Made by a program: the position numbers and the translations under genes. A stretch of DNA of 64,000 bases from NCBI RefSeq assembly GCF_058153355.1, contig NZ_CM177019.1, one strand, 5' to 3'. The notes under the pieces were generated by a model. The model was not told the DNA's origin, searched no databases, and was given only the letters and a program-made list of their open reading frames with translations. The first letter of the stretch is position 1. Each line of letters begins with the position of its first letter. Of the stretch, positions 1 to 9,150 are shown in pieces.

Positions 1-2
1 GT

Positions 3-389
3 TTTGATCTTCCGAGCGAAGATGAATGGGAATATTTATGTGGCGGTGGTTCCAGGACACTCTGGCGCTGGGGGAATAATTTCGACTATCAAATGAAAAT
101 CCCATTTATTACTTCAGAAGAACCAACAACCTGGGATATAGAATGGCCTAATCAGTTTGGGTTGCAGATTGCATTTGATCCCTATCTTCAGGAAATTATT
201 AATGATAAAGATATTCTTCTGAAAGGTGGCGATGGTGGGTGCAATCTCTGCGGAGGTGCTAATGTTGTATTAGGATTCTTGCCTGTGGCAACTTATTACA
301 AAGGATATAATAAACATACGGACGAATTAGAATATATGGATGACATTGGAGACAATTATACTTCTTATCGCAGAATAATTCGTTTATGA
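3..389 (+). CDS. 5'-truncated CDS at window edge; C-terminal part of a protein with a formylglycine-generating-enzyme-like (SUMF1/DUF323) signature
   Basis: Open frame runs from the window start to TGA at 387-389. Translation contains LPSEDEWEYLCGGG...WRWGN, resembling the LPTEAEWEYAARGG...PWGN core of FGE-like domains. Family call is from motif memory only. Confidence 0.35.
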   Translation, partial: FDLPSEDEWEYLCGGGSRTLWRWGNNFDYQMKIPFITSEEPTTWDIEWPNQFGLQIAFDPYLQEIINDKDILLKGGDGGCNLCGGANVVLGFLPVATYYKGYNKHTDELEYMDDIGDNYTSYRRIIRL

Positions 390-470
390 GTAAAAATTAT
401 ATTTCAGGACAAGAAGTTATGCTCGGGTCAAGCTAATGAATTGCTTAACGCAAGGAATAAAAACGTATTG

Positions 471-1952
471 ATGAACACTGGGAATTTCGAGTCGATACAA
501 ATCATGATCGACGCGCAAGAGTGGCGTAGCCTGCCGCTGCATCTGCGTCTGTATCACGCTTTTCGCCAATTGGTGATTTCCGGCGCATTGTCTGATGGCG
601 CAAAACTGCCTTCCGCTCGCGCACTGGCCCAGCAACTTGGTCTTTCCAGAGATACCATCGAAAATGCCTATTCCCAGCTCCACCGCGACGGTTTTATGGC
701 TCGCAGGCAGGGGGCCGGGAGTTTCGCCAGCCGCCAGGGGATACCGCATATTCAGGGCCAGCATGCGCAACCACCCTCGCCCGGACAAGTACCGGCTTTA
801 AGCGCTCGCTGGCAGCCAATTGCCGATCGCGCAGTCTCTTTCGATGCCCGCCAGATGCAGACCTTTACGCTTGGCCTGCCGGAAACGCGAAACTTCCCGC
901 TAAACATTTGGCAGAACTTTTCCCGCCAGATCCAACGTGAGCAGGCACATACGCTGATGTTAAATAGCGATCCGCAGGGCGAGCCACAGCTGCGCCAGCA
1001 AATTGCGCATTACCTTAATTTTGAACGCGGCGCGAAGGTAGATGCCGGGCAGATTGTGATTGTCAGCGGCGCACGGCAGGCGTTCTGGCTGTGCGGGCAA
1101 CTGCTGGCAGAGGCCGGACAGTCGGTGGCGATGGAAAATCCGGGCTATCCCGGCGCGCGTCAGGCGTTTTCTGCCGCACAGCTTAATCTTCTTCCCGTTG
1201 AAGTGGATGACGCCGGGATCCGGGTGGATAAACTGCCGCCCGCGCCGCTGGTTTACGTCACGCCCTCGCACCAGTTTCCTTCCGGTCATTTGCTCACGCT
1301 GGCGCGGCGTCATGCCCTGATTGCCTGGGCGCAGGCGCACAATGCGTGGATTATCGAAGACGACTACGACAGCGAATTTCACTACACCAGCGCGCCCGTC
1401 GCCTGTCTGCAAGGGTTAGACTGCGAGCAACGCACCCTGTATGTCGGCACTTTCAGCAAAACGCTCTATCCCGGCCTGCGCATCGGTTATCTGGTGGTGC
1501 CGACGTCGCTGGCTGCGCACTTTGCCGCCGCGCGTAATTTGCTTGATGGCGCAACGCCTGCGTTATCCCAACTAACGCTGGCGCGATTTATCGAGTCCGG
1601 TCATTTTGCCGCCCATATTCGCAACATGCGTAGTATGTATGCGGTGCGACAGGGGTGCCTGGCAGAGGCTATTCATCAGCACTTAAGTGAATGGGTCACG
1701 CCAGTGGTGACATCCGGTGGATTGCAAATGCCCTGCTGGCTGCATGGAGGTATTGATGAGCAACAGACGCTGAATGCCGCGCGCCGCGCCGGGTTAAACA
1801 TCGCCGGAATGCGCCAGTTCTGGCTGACGCACCCCGCGCACGCGGGCTGGCTGCTGGGATTCGCCGCCTTTACCCCCTACGAGATTGAACAGGGCGTCAA
1901 GCGTCTGCGGGCTGCATTATGCACTGAAAACGTGCGCCCAGCCGGGTCATAA
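471..1952 (+). CDS. MocR/GntR-family transcriptional regulator (N-terminal wHTH fused to a PLP aminotransferase-like domain)
   Basis: ORF-track 441..1952 begins at TTG. ATG at 471 sits about 13 nt after AGGAA. N-terminal HTH-like segment (LYHAFRQLVISGAL...LPSARALAQQLGLSRDTIENAY) followed by about 400 aa with aminotransferase-like features (SFSKTLYPGLRIGY). Visibly GC-rich. Confidence 0.75.
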   Translation: MNTGNFESIQIMIDAQEWRSLPLHLRLYHAFRQLVISGALSDGAKLPSARALAQQLGLSRDTIENAYSQLHRDGFMARRQGAGSFASRQGIPHIQGQHAQPPSPGQVPALSARWQPIADRAVSFDARQMQTFTLGLPETRNFPLNIWQNFSRQIQREQAHTLMLNSDPQGEPQLRQQIAHYLNFERGAKVDAGQIVIVSGARQAFWLCGQLLAEAGQSVAMENPGYPGARQAFSAAQLNLLPVEVDDAGIRVDKLPPAPLVYVTPSHQFPSGHLLTLARRHALIAWAQAHNAWIIEDDYDSEFHYTSAPVACLQGLDCEQRTLYVGTFSKTLYPGLRIGYLVVPTSLAAHFAAARNLLDGATPALSQLTLARFIESGHFAAHIRNMRSMYAVRQGCLAEAIHQHLSEWVTPVVTSGGLQMPCWLHGGIDEQQTLNAARRAGLNIAGMRQFWLTHPAHAGWLLGFAAFTPYEIEQGVKRLRAALCTENVRPAGS

Positions 1953-1956
1953 TCTC

Positions 1957-3003
1957 CTACGGGATGGTGTTGCAGGCAGCGGCAACCTGTTCCAGCGTCT
2001 GGCCTGCGCCAATAAATTCCACCTTATCGCCCGCTGTCGGCGTGACGGAGCTGGCATCGACCATAAAGCTGTCCATACAAACCCGCCCCAATACCGGTAA
2101 CCGCACGCCGCGCCAGCATACGCCCGCCGGAGGACGCATATTTCGCGGAACGCCATCCGCGTAACCCGCGGATATCGTAGCGATACGCAGCGGACGCGTG
2201 GCGGTAATCGTGCTGCCGTAGCCAACTGGCGTTCCCGCCGGGACATCCTGCACGCGCAGAATAGTTAGCGTCAGCGTAAAAGCCGGTTTTAGCGGCCTGG
2301 AAAACCACGGCTGGGCGACGCCAAACAGCGCAATCCCCGGACGGCAGAGATCTTCCCGCCAACCTGGTTGCAAAAACATTCCGCAGGAGTTCGCCAGCGA
2401 AAATCGGCTGCTGGGGAAAACCGTTTTTGCCTGCTGGAATAGCGCGTGTTGCGCCATATTTAACGCATGATCCGGCCTGTCGGCGTTCGCCAGATGGCTG
2501 ATGATATAGTCCGGCGCAGGCCAGTTACGCTCACGAAAAATCGCCGCCAGACGCATCAGTTGTTGCGGCATCATGCCCAGCCGCGACATACCAGAATCGA
2601 GCTGAATCATCACCGCGCTCCGTTGCTGGCGCGTTTCCAGTAACGTAAGCCACGCCATCACCTGGTCTACGGAATTGAGCAATGGCGTGATCTGCTGCGC
2701 GTAACAATACGCCATCGCCTCCGGCATAACCCCATTAAGCACTACCACCATCGCATCAGTGGGCAGGATTTTACGCAACGCCACGCCTTCAGAAAGCTGT
2801 GCGACAAAAAAGATCCGGCAGTTCGCCGCATACAGGGCGGGCGCAATCGCCTCCGCCCCCAGACCATAGGCATTGGCTTTCAACACCGCGCCACATTGCG
2901 CAGGGGCAGCATGGCGGGCCAGCATACGATAATTGTCGACGATGGCGGCGCGATTAACGCACATAACACCGCACGCCGCCTGGATTTCAGTAGAAGTCAT
3001 CAT
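1957..3003 (-). CDS. alanine racemase-family PLP enzyme (Alr paralog)
   Basis: 348-aa ORF with the AVLKANAYGLG PLP-lysine motif and overall colinearity with E. coli Alr. Start ATG overlaps the stop of the upstream SHMT-like gene (TAATG). GC-rich. Confidence 0.75.
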   Translation of the reverse strand: MMTSTEIQAACGVMCVNRAAIVDNYRMLARHAAPAQCGAVLKANAYGLGAEAIAPALYAANCRIFFVAQLSEGVALRKILPTDAMVVVLNGVMPEAMAYCYAQQITPLLNSVDQVMAWLTLLETRQQRSAVMIQLDSGMSRLGMMPQQLMRLAAIFRERNWPAPDYIISHLANADRPDHALNMAQHALFQQAKTVFPSSRFSLANSCGMFLQPGWREDLCRPGIALFGVAQPWFSRPLKPAFTLTLTILRVQDVPAGTPVGYGSTITATRPLRIATISAGYADGVPRNMRPPAGVCWRGVRLPVLGRVCMDSFMVDASSVTPTAGDKVEFIGAGQTLEQVAAACNTIP

Positions 3004-4238
3004 TAATAAGGCAACGGGTAGCGGTTGGTTAGTTGTATTACTTTTTGCTCAATATCGGCGCAAATGTCTGCAATATCTGATGAATTAATGGCGAAAATAA
3101 TTTCACTTATCCAGTCGGCAATCAGCGCAAAGTCATCCGCCTTCATCCCACGCGTGGTGCAGGCCGCGCTGCCAATACGAACGCCGGAGGTAATCAACGG
3201 CGGCTGCGGATCGCCCGGCAGGGTGTTTTTATTGACCGTGATCCCCGCCAGTTCGAGAAAGTACTCCACCTGTGCGCCGGTTAACCCCTGCGGGCGCAGG
3301 TCGATAATCCCCAGATGGCAGTCGGTGCCGTCCGTTAACAGCGTCAGGCCGCGCAGCGCCAGTTGCTGGCACATCGCCTGCGCATTGTCGATAACCTGCC
3401 CGGCATAACGTTTAAATTCCGGTTGTAATGCCTCGCCAAGCGCCACCGCTTTCGCTGCGATAACGTGCATCAACGGCCCGCCCTGCAAACCGGGAAAAAT
3501 GGCACTGTCGATTTTTTTCGCAAGCCTGGCGTCGTTGGTGAGGATCATGCCGCCGCGCGGCCCGCGCAATGTTTTATGCGTGGTGGTGGTGACCACATCA
3601 GCATACGCCAGCGGCGAAGGGAAACAGCCGCCCGCCACCAGCCCGGCAAAGTGCGCCATATCCACCAGCAAAATGGCGTCAACGGCATCGGCAATGCGGC
3701 GAAAACGGGCAAAATCATAGTGACGTGGATAAGCCGATCCTCCGGCAATAATCAACCGCGGGCGCTCACGCAGCGCGATCATCTCGACCTGATCCATATC
3801 AATCAAACCACTGTGCGCATCGACGCCATAGTGAAAAGCGTTAAACCATTTGCCGGATTGATTGACCGGCGAACCGTGCGTGAGATGCCCGCCGCATTGC
3901 AGGCTCATGCCAAGAATTTTGTCGCCGGGTTTCAGCAACGCCAGATGGACCGCCTGATTCGCCTGGCTGCCGGAGTGAGGCTGCACATTGACGTAACGCG
4001 CGCCAAAGAGCTGCTGCGCGCGGGTTATCGCCAGCATCTCAACCTCATCAATAAACTTACAGCCGCCGTAATAGCGATGCTGGTAATAACCTTCGGCGTA
4101 TTTATTGGTTAACACCGACCCCTGCGCCGCGAGAACGGCGGGGCTTACGAAATTCTCCGAGGCAATCAGTTCCAGCGACTGCTGCTGGCGCTGTTGCTCC
4201 TGGTTAATCAATGCAAAAAGTGGATCGTTATTTATCAT
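3003..4238 (-). CDS. serine hydroxymethyltransferase paralog (GlyA-like)
   Basis: Strong colinear similarity to GlyA ([57 protein letters not shown]). Start placed at MINNDPLF (ATG 4238), preceded by a GGGGGAAG RBS-like run; the ORF-track start at 4304 is an upstream extension. Confidence 0.85.
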   Translation of the reverse strand: MINNDPLFALINQEQQRQQQSLELIASENFVSPAVLAAQGSVLTNKYAEGYYQHRYYGGCKFIDEVEMLAITRAQQLFGARYVNVQPHSGSQANQAVHLALLKPGDKILGMSLQCGGHLTHGSPVNQSGKWFNAFHYGVDAHSGLIDMDQVEMIALRERPRLIIAGGSAYPRHYDFARFRRIADAVDAILLVDMAHFAGLVAGGCFPSPLAYADVVTTTTHKTLRGPRGGMILTNDARLAKKIDSAIFPGLQGGPLMHVIAAKAVALGEALQPEFKRYAGQVIDNAQAMCQQLALRGLTLLTDGTDCHLGIIDLRPQGLTGAQVEYFLELAGITVNKNTLPGDPQPPLITSGVRIGSAACTTRGMKADDFALIADWISEIIFAINSSDIADICADIEQKVIQLTNRYPLPY

Positions 4239-4513
4239 GCGCTTCCCCCGCAAATTCATCATGCGATGATTTTCGCAGGGAAAACCTCGTCCGCACCCTG
4301 CCACTTTTTTGGGCAGGTGCAGACCACCTGTATGTCGTATTACTTAAAAGAAGAGAACATCGCTGACAATACCGGTATTAACTCCGAAATGAAGAGGGAA
4401 GAAGGCTCCGGCCATCTCCATGTGCGATTCTGGCTAGTAAAACATCATATTCCAGCTGCTCTTATCCGCCTACGTTATTGCATATACGGATAAGGCAGCC
4501 TCAATACGTACTT

Positions 4514-6067
4514 TTACTTGATATCTTTCACGCGCATACCGTTGATCTGTTCATCCGTGATGGTGTTACCCGCTTTAAAGTAATCAACCACCGCGTGATA
4601 AACGTAATAACCGCCCGTCGTATTGCGCGCTTTACCCTCGGTAAACGCGGTAAAACCATCTCCACCATCAGCAAGGAAACTCTGAGTGGCAATGTGGTAA
4701 ACCGTCGCATCTTCAATCGGTTTGCCATTCAAAGTCAGTGAGATAACCCGCTGACCAACCGGCTTGCTGCTGTCGTACTTCATTTCCAGGCCTTTCGATA
4801 CCTGTAAAACGCCATTACTTAAACTTGCGCCGTGTTCCATCAAACTGCGTAATTGTTTACCCGTGAGTTCCATCGTCACCAGTTCGTTGGGGAACGGGAA
4901 GGTACTGATGACGCCACCCATCGTAATTGCACCCGCCGGGATCTCATTGCGGATACCGCCAGAGTTGGTTAACGCCAACTGGGTATTTTTACCCGCCGCT
5001 GCCAGTAAAGCATCTGCCGCCAGGTTCCCGAGAGAAGCCGATTCACCATAGGCACGTTTTAGTTCAACCGGCGATTGCGCCACCGTTTGCTGCACGACTT
5101 CATCCAGCTTTTTATTCCAACTATCAATCACCTGTTTTGTTTGCGGATCGGGCTTCCACTCGTCGGCGTAAAGGGTTTTAAGCTCGAAGTTTTTCACCGT
5201 AAAAGTGTGCGGCTTCTCTTTGTAGTCCAGTACCAGTTTACCCACATCAATCCCACCGCTGTCAGTGGAGAGGATGAGCGTATTGCCGACTTTAATCGGT
5301 TCCGGCGTACCCACATGTGCATGCCCGGTGATCAAAATATCCAGCCCTTTCACCTGACTTGCCGTCTGAATATCTTTATCCAGTGCGCGGCGCACATCTG
5401 TGCCCCCCATACTGGACTGGCGGGCCGGAACACCTTCGTGAATCAGCGCAACGGTCAAATCAACCTTGCCTTTGAGTTCATCGATATAACGTTGTAGCCA
5501 TTTAATTTCATCACGCGCCTCAATACCCACTCGCGTTGCCGCAGATACCGTATCATTAAAGGCAAATACACCGTGCAAACCAATCACGCCAATTTTCACG
5601 CCGTCTTTTTCAATGATGGTATAGGGCTTATCCCAGAATGATTTACTGCTGTTCTGATAAAAAACATTACCCTGCACAATCGGGAATTTTGCCTGACTCA
5701 ACTGTAATAACGTATTGTCCCAGCCGTGATCAAATTCATGATTACCTATAGTGGCCGCATCGAACGGCATGGTATTCATAATATCGATAATCGCCTTGCC
5801 TTTAGTCAGGCTGCTGATATACGGCCCGGTAAAATAGTCACCCGCATCAAAAAACCAGGTCGCTTTGTTTTTAGCTTTTTCTTGTTTAACAAGCGTAGTG
5901 ATATTTGCCCAGCCGCCAATATCTCGTTTACCGTCAGCAATCCACGGCACTTTATAAGGCTCTACATGTGCATGGAGGTCGTTGGTATAAATGATGGTGA
6001 CATCTTTGGCGCAAGCCCAAAACGGCAGTGTTAATGCGATACCCGCAGCAAGCATTTTAATTTTCAT
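4514..6067 (-). CDS. secreted bifunctional metallophosphatase/5'-nucleotidase-family protein (UshA/CpdB-like), paralog 1
   Basis: N-terminal signal peptide ([20 protein letters not shown]). Metallophosphoesterase motifs NDLHAH, DAGDYF, GNHEFD, GHAH, followed by a 5'-nucleotidase C-terminal-like half. ATG 6067 follows GGAAGGGA; the ORF-track start 6073 is TTG. Confidence 0.85.
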   Translation of the reverse strand: MKIKMLAAGIALTLPFWACAKDVTIIYTNDLHAHVEPYKVPWIADGKRDIGGWANITTLVKQEKAKNKATWFFDAGDYFTGPYISSLTKGKAIIDIMNTMPFDAATIGNHEFDHGWDNTLLQLSQAKFPIVQGNVFYQNSSKSFWDKPYTIIEKDGVKIGVIGLHGVFAFNDTVSAATRVGIEARDEIKWLQRYIDELKGKVDLTVALIHEGVPARQSSMGGTDVRRALDKDIQTASQVKGLDILITGHAHVGTPEPIKVGNTLILSTDSGGIDVGKLVLDYKEKPHTFTVKNFELKTLYADEWKPDPQTKQVIDSWNKKLDEVVQQTVAQSPVELKRAYGESASLGNLAADALLAAAGKNTQLALTNSGGIRNEIPAGAITMGGVISTFPFPNELVTMELTGKQLRSLMEHGASLSNGVLQVSKGLEMKYDSSKPVGQRVISLTLNGKPIEDATVYHIATQSFLADGGDGFTAFTEGKARNTTGGYYVYHAVVDYFKAGNTITDEQINGMRVKDIK

Positions 6068-6199
6068 AAACAATCCCTTCCAGTGAGATAAAGGATTGCT
6101 ACATTACGTTCTGAAAGGCTTTTTTATGTGAGAATACTCACATCCAGAGGCGATAACTGTAGGACAAAATCAACGACCTTATGAAATCGTTGGTGATAT

Positions 6200-7327
6200 A
6201 TGTCAAATCTGTTTGCGATTAATGTCTGTAAAACGTTCGGTTGTCGAAATTTGGGATTGGCCTCATCGGAAGATTACAGTTGGCCAGACTATAAACTGGG
6301 TTTTCCGGCACTGCACTGCCAGGCATGCGGAAGTTACCCCCCTTTGTTTGATGAACAACAATTTCGTGACTGGTTGTCAGTTCACATGACTGCGTGTGCC
6401 ATAGAAACAGGGCATTTTTGTCCATCATGCTATTGTAAAGAAAAGATTTTTTATGGCCACAACCCGCAGGGAACACAACGCGTTCAATGCCGTTCATGCA
6501 AAAAAGTCTGGACTCCGAAACAGCAGCCAGCAAGAGAAATTACGTATCCCCAGTCCATTGAAACCGTTCAACTGTTCATGCCCTTTCAAGGAGCCAGCGC
6601 AGTACAAAAGCTCTATGTTTTAGTCAGTCTTGACGCCACTCGTGGCAACATCCTTCATCTCTCCACGAATTATACGCAACATCAGACAGGAGACAGTCTG
6701 CGGTACAGTTACAGAGGCAATACAGAACCAACTGAGCACCATAGCGATATTGTGCAGAGGGTAGATATGCGTGAAGCGCAATTCTTGCGCCGGAGCCAGT
6801 TCGATGAAATTCAGTATGGCAGTGCTGTGCTCAAGCGCAACGGCAAGGGAGCCATACTACGCCCGGTTATCACGGCACACGGGCATTTCAGAATACTGAA
6901 AATCCGCTTTCCACATGTCAAAACGCATATCATTTCACACGAATGTTTTCTGAGAGGCGCAATTATTACAGCCTGGGCAGATCAGTTCCGCCAACAACAA
7001 GGCGAACTTTGGTTCGTAGAAGAAGAAATCAGCGACCGTAACGCTGATATTCCCTGGCATTTTCAGGGAACGACATACCATGGTTGGTGGCAAAATCAGT
7101 GGCAACGCTGGGGGCAGGGGAATAACAGCAAGATGGTCTGCCTGCTCACAGGAGTCTCCTTAGAAAGGGGCGCAAATGTTTCTCTGGCAACCAGTCGTTG
7201 CTTTATCACATGGCTGACAGACCAACACGACTTTACCCAAAGCGCGTTATTATCCGCAGGTCGCGTAACGAAAATGCTGACCTCACTGGCGTTAAAATAC
7301 AATGAATCGCTCAATCCATCTTGTTAG
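6200..7327 (+). CDS. hypothetical Cys-rich protein (zinc-ribbon-like N-terminus, W/Q-rich C-terminus)
   Basis: 375-aa ORF with CxxC pairs (CQACGS...CPSCYC...CRSCKK). No family I can assign with confidence. Flanked by AT-rich DNA and sits between nucleotidase paralogs. Confidence 0.5.
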   Translation: MSNLFAINVCKTFGCRNLGLASSEDYSWPDYKLGFPALHCQACGSYPPLFDEQQFRDWLSVHMTACAIETGHFCPSCYCKEKIFYGHNPQGTQRVQCRSCKKVWTPKQQPAREITYPQSIETVQLFMPFQGASAVQKLYVLVSLDATRGNILHLSTNYTQHQTGDSLRYSYRGNTEPTEHHSDIVQRVDMREAQFLRRSQFDEIQYGSAVLKRNGKGAILRPVITAHGHFRILKIRFPHVKTHIISHECFLRGAIITAWADQFRQQQGELWFVEEEISDRNADIPWHFQGTTYHGWWQNQWQRWGQGNNSKMVCLLTGVSLERGANVSLATSRCFITWLTDQHDFTQSALLSAGRVTKMLTSLALKYNESLNPSC

Positions 7328-7556
7328 TCAATACACTCGACAAACGACCATAAATTAATGGGATCACTATTTCTCATTTAATTAAATATATGAATGTATG
7401 ACTGAAAAATATAATCACAGTCAATGTTTAATTAATAACATTATTTGTTACTAAGATCACATAATACTTTCCTGACCTATGCTTACATAAAAATAAGACA
7501 CGGAGTTCCTTTTATTTAAATAATTCAACCAATGTAACAACCCCTATCAAGGAGGG

Positions 7557-9110
7557 ATGATGAGAACTGTATTTACGACTTTATCAGTCATATTCAGCGT
7601 GATGTTTTCTCACAGTATACTAGCTCAGGACGTTACTATTTATTATACGAATGATATTCACGCACATGTCAATCCGGCAAAAATTCCCGCTGTTGATAAG
7701 AACAGACTTGTAGGTGGTATGGCTAATATTGCAGGCATCGTTAATGAAGCGAAGAAAAAAAACAAAGATGTCTTTTTCTTTGATGCAGGCGACTATTTTA
7801 CCGGTCCGTATATCAGTACCCTGACCAAAGGTGAAGCTATTATTGATATCATGAACACCATGCCCTTTGATGCGGTATCCGTTGGTAATCACGAGTTCGA
7901 TCACGGCGTGCCCAATATGGTATCTCAGTTATCAAAAGCAAAATTCCCCATTCTGCTGGGAAATATTTACTACACCGATACAAATAAACCAGTTTGGGAT
8001 CATCCGTGGACCATTATCGAAAAAGATGGTTTAAAGATTGGTGTGATTGGATTGCATGGTGCATTCGCTTTCTATGATACAGTCGCGGCAAAAGCACGTG
8101 AAGGCGTAGAAGCCAGAGACGAAATTAAATATTTAAATAAAGCACTTGCAGAATTAAAAGGTAAAGTCGACATTACCGTTTTGCTAATTCACGAAGGTGT
8201 TCCGGCGCGTCAATCAAGCTTTGGTAGTAAAGATGTGGAGCGGCTACTACAGGCAGATATTGAGACAGCTAAAAAAGTGAATGGTGTTGATGTCTTAATT
8301 ACCGGTCACGCACATGTCGGAACACCGCAACCAATAAAAGTTAATAACACATTAATTGTATCTACCGATGCATACGGCACCGACATCGGAAAACTTGTGC
8401 TTGATTACAATCCGAAAACGAAGAAAATTGATAGTTATAATGGTGAGTTAATCACCATCTTCGCAGATCAATTTAAACCTGACACCATCGTTCAAAATAC
8501 TATCGATAAATGGAGTGCAAAGCTTAACAAAATAACACAGGAAGTTGTCGGCCATTCTCCCGTAGTTTTAACACGTGAGTATGGCAGTTCTTCTTCTACC
8601 GGTAACCTTATTCTTGATGCAATGATGGAAAAAACACCAGATGCCATTGCCGGATTTCAAAATAGCGGTGGGATGCGAGCTGATTTTCCTAAAGGTGATA
8701 TCACGCTGGGAGATGTTATTAGCACATTCCCCTTTAATAATGACCTCATCGAGATGGATTTGACGGGCCGCGATCTCAAATCGTTGATGACGCATGCAAC
8801 CAATCTAACTAACGGTGTGTTACAGGTTTCAAAAAGCGTTGCGGTTGTCTATGACAGCAAAAAACCACTGAACCAACGGTTAATCTCTTTCACCATTAAC
8901 GGCAAACCCGTGGAAGATAATCAAACATATCGTATTGTCACGCACTCCTTTTGTGCCAGTGGTGGTGACGGTTTTGAAGCATTTTTGAATGGAAAAAATG
9001 TGAAGACGATACCGGGAACAACCTCGGCGGAATCTATCATCGATTATTTCAAAAATCATAAACCTGTCACCCCAGACTTAACTAAACGAGTAATGGACGT
9101 CGCCAAATAA
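7557..9110 (+). CDS. secreted bifunctional metallophosphatase/5'-nucleotidase-family protein, paralog 2
   Basis: AAGGAGGG immediately upstream (ATG 7557 or 7560). Signal peptide, then NDIHAH, DAGDYF, GNHEFD, GHAH motifs; colinear with paralogs 1 and 3. Confidence 0.85.
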   Translation: MMRTVFTTLSVIFSVMFSHSILAQDVTIYYTNDIHAHVNPAKIPAVDKNRLVGGMANIAGIVNEAKKKNKDVFFFDAGDYFTGPYISTLTKGEAIIDIMNTMPFDAVSVGNHEFDHGVPNMVSQLSKAKFPILLGNIYYTDTNKPVWDHPWTIIEKDGLKIGVIGLHGAFAFYDTVAAKAREGVEARDEIKYLNKALAELKGKVDITVLLIHEGVPARQSSFGSKDVERLLQADIETAKKVNGVDVLITGHAHVGTPQPIKVNNTLIVSTDAYGTDIGKLVLDYNPKTKKIDSYNGELITIFADQFKPDTIVQNTIDKWSAKLNKITQEVVGHSPVVLTREYGSSSSTGNLILDAMMEKTPDAIAGFQNSGGMRADFPKGDITLGDVISTFPFNNDLIEMDLTGRDLKSLMTHATNLTNGVLQVSKSVAVVYDSKKPLNQRLISFTINGKPVEDNQTYRIVTHSFCASGGDGFEAFLNGKNVKTIPGTTSAESIIDYFKNHKPVTPDLTKRVMDVAK

Positions 9111-9150
9111 AATATCATTTATCAGTCTATTTATTTAACAAGGAATGCGA

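Noticed and set aside
7380-7460. Short inverted repeat AATGTT...AACATT in the AT-rich spacer upstream of nucleotidase paralog 2, considered as a possible IS terminal repeat or operator
   Set aside because: Only 6-bp arms in a very AT-rich context, which is expected by chance. No matching repeat was found at the other side of the Cys-rich ORF, so there is no support for a mobile-element boundary.
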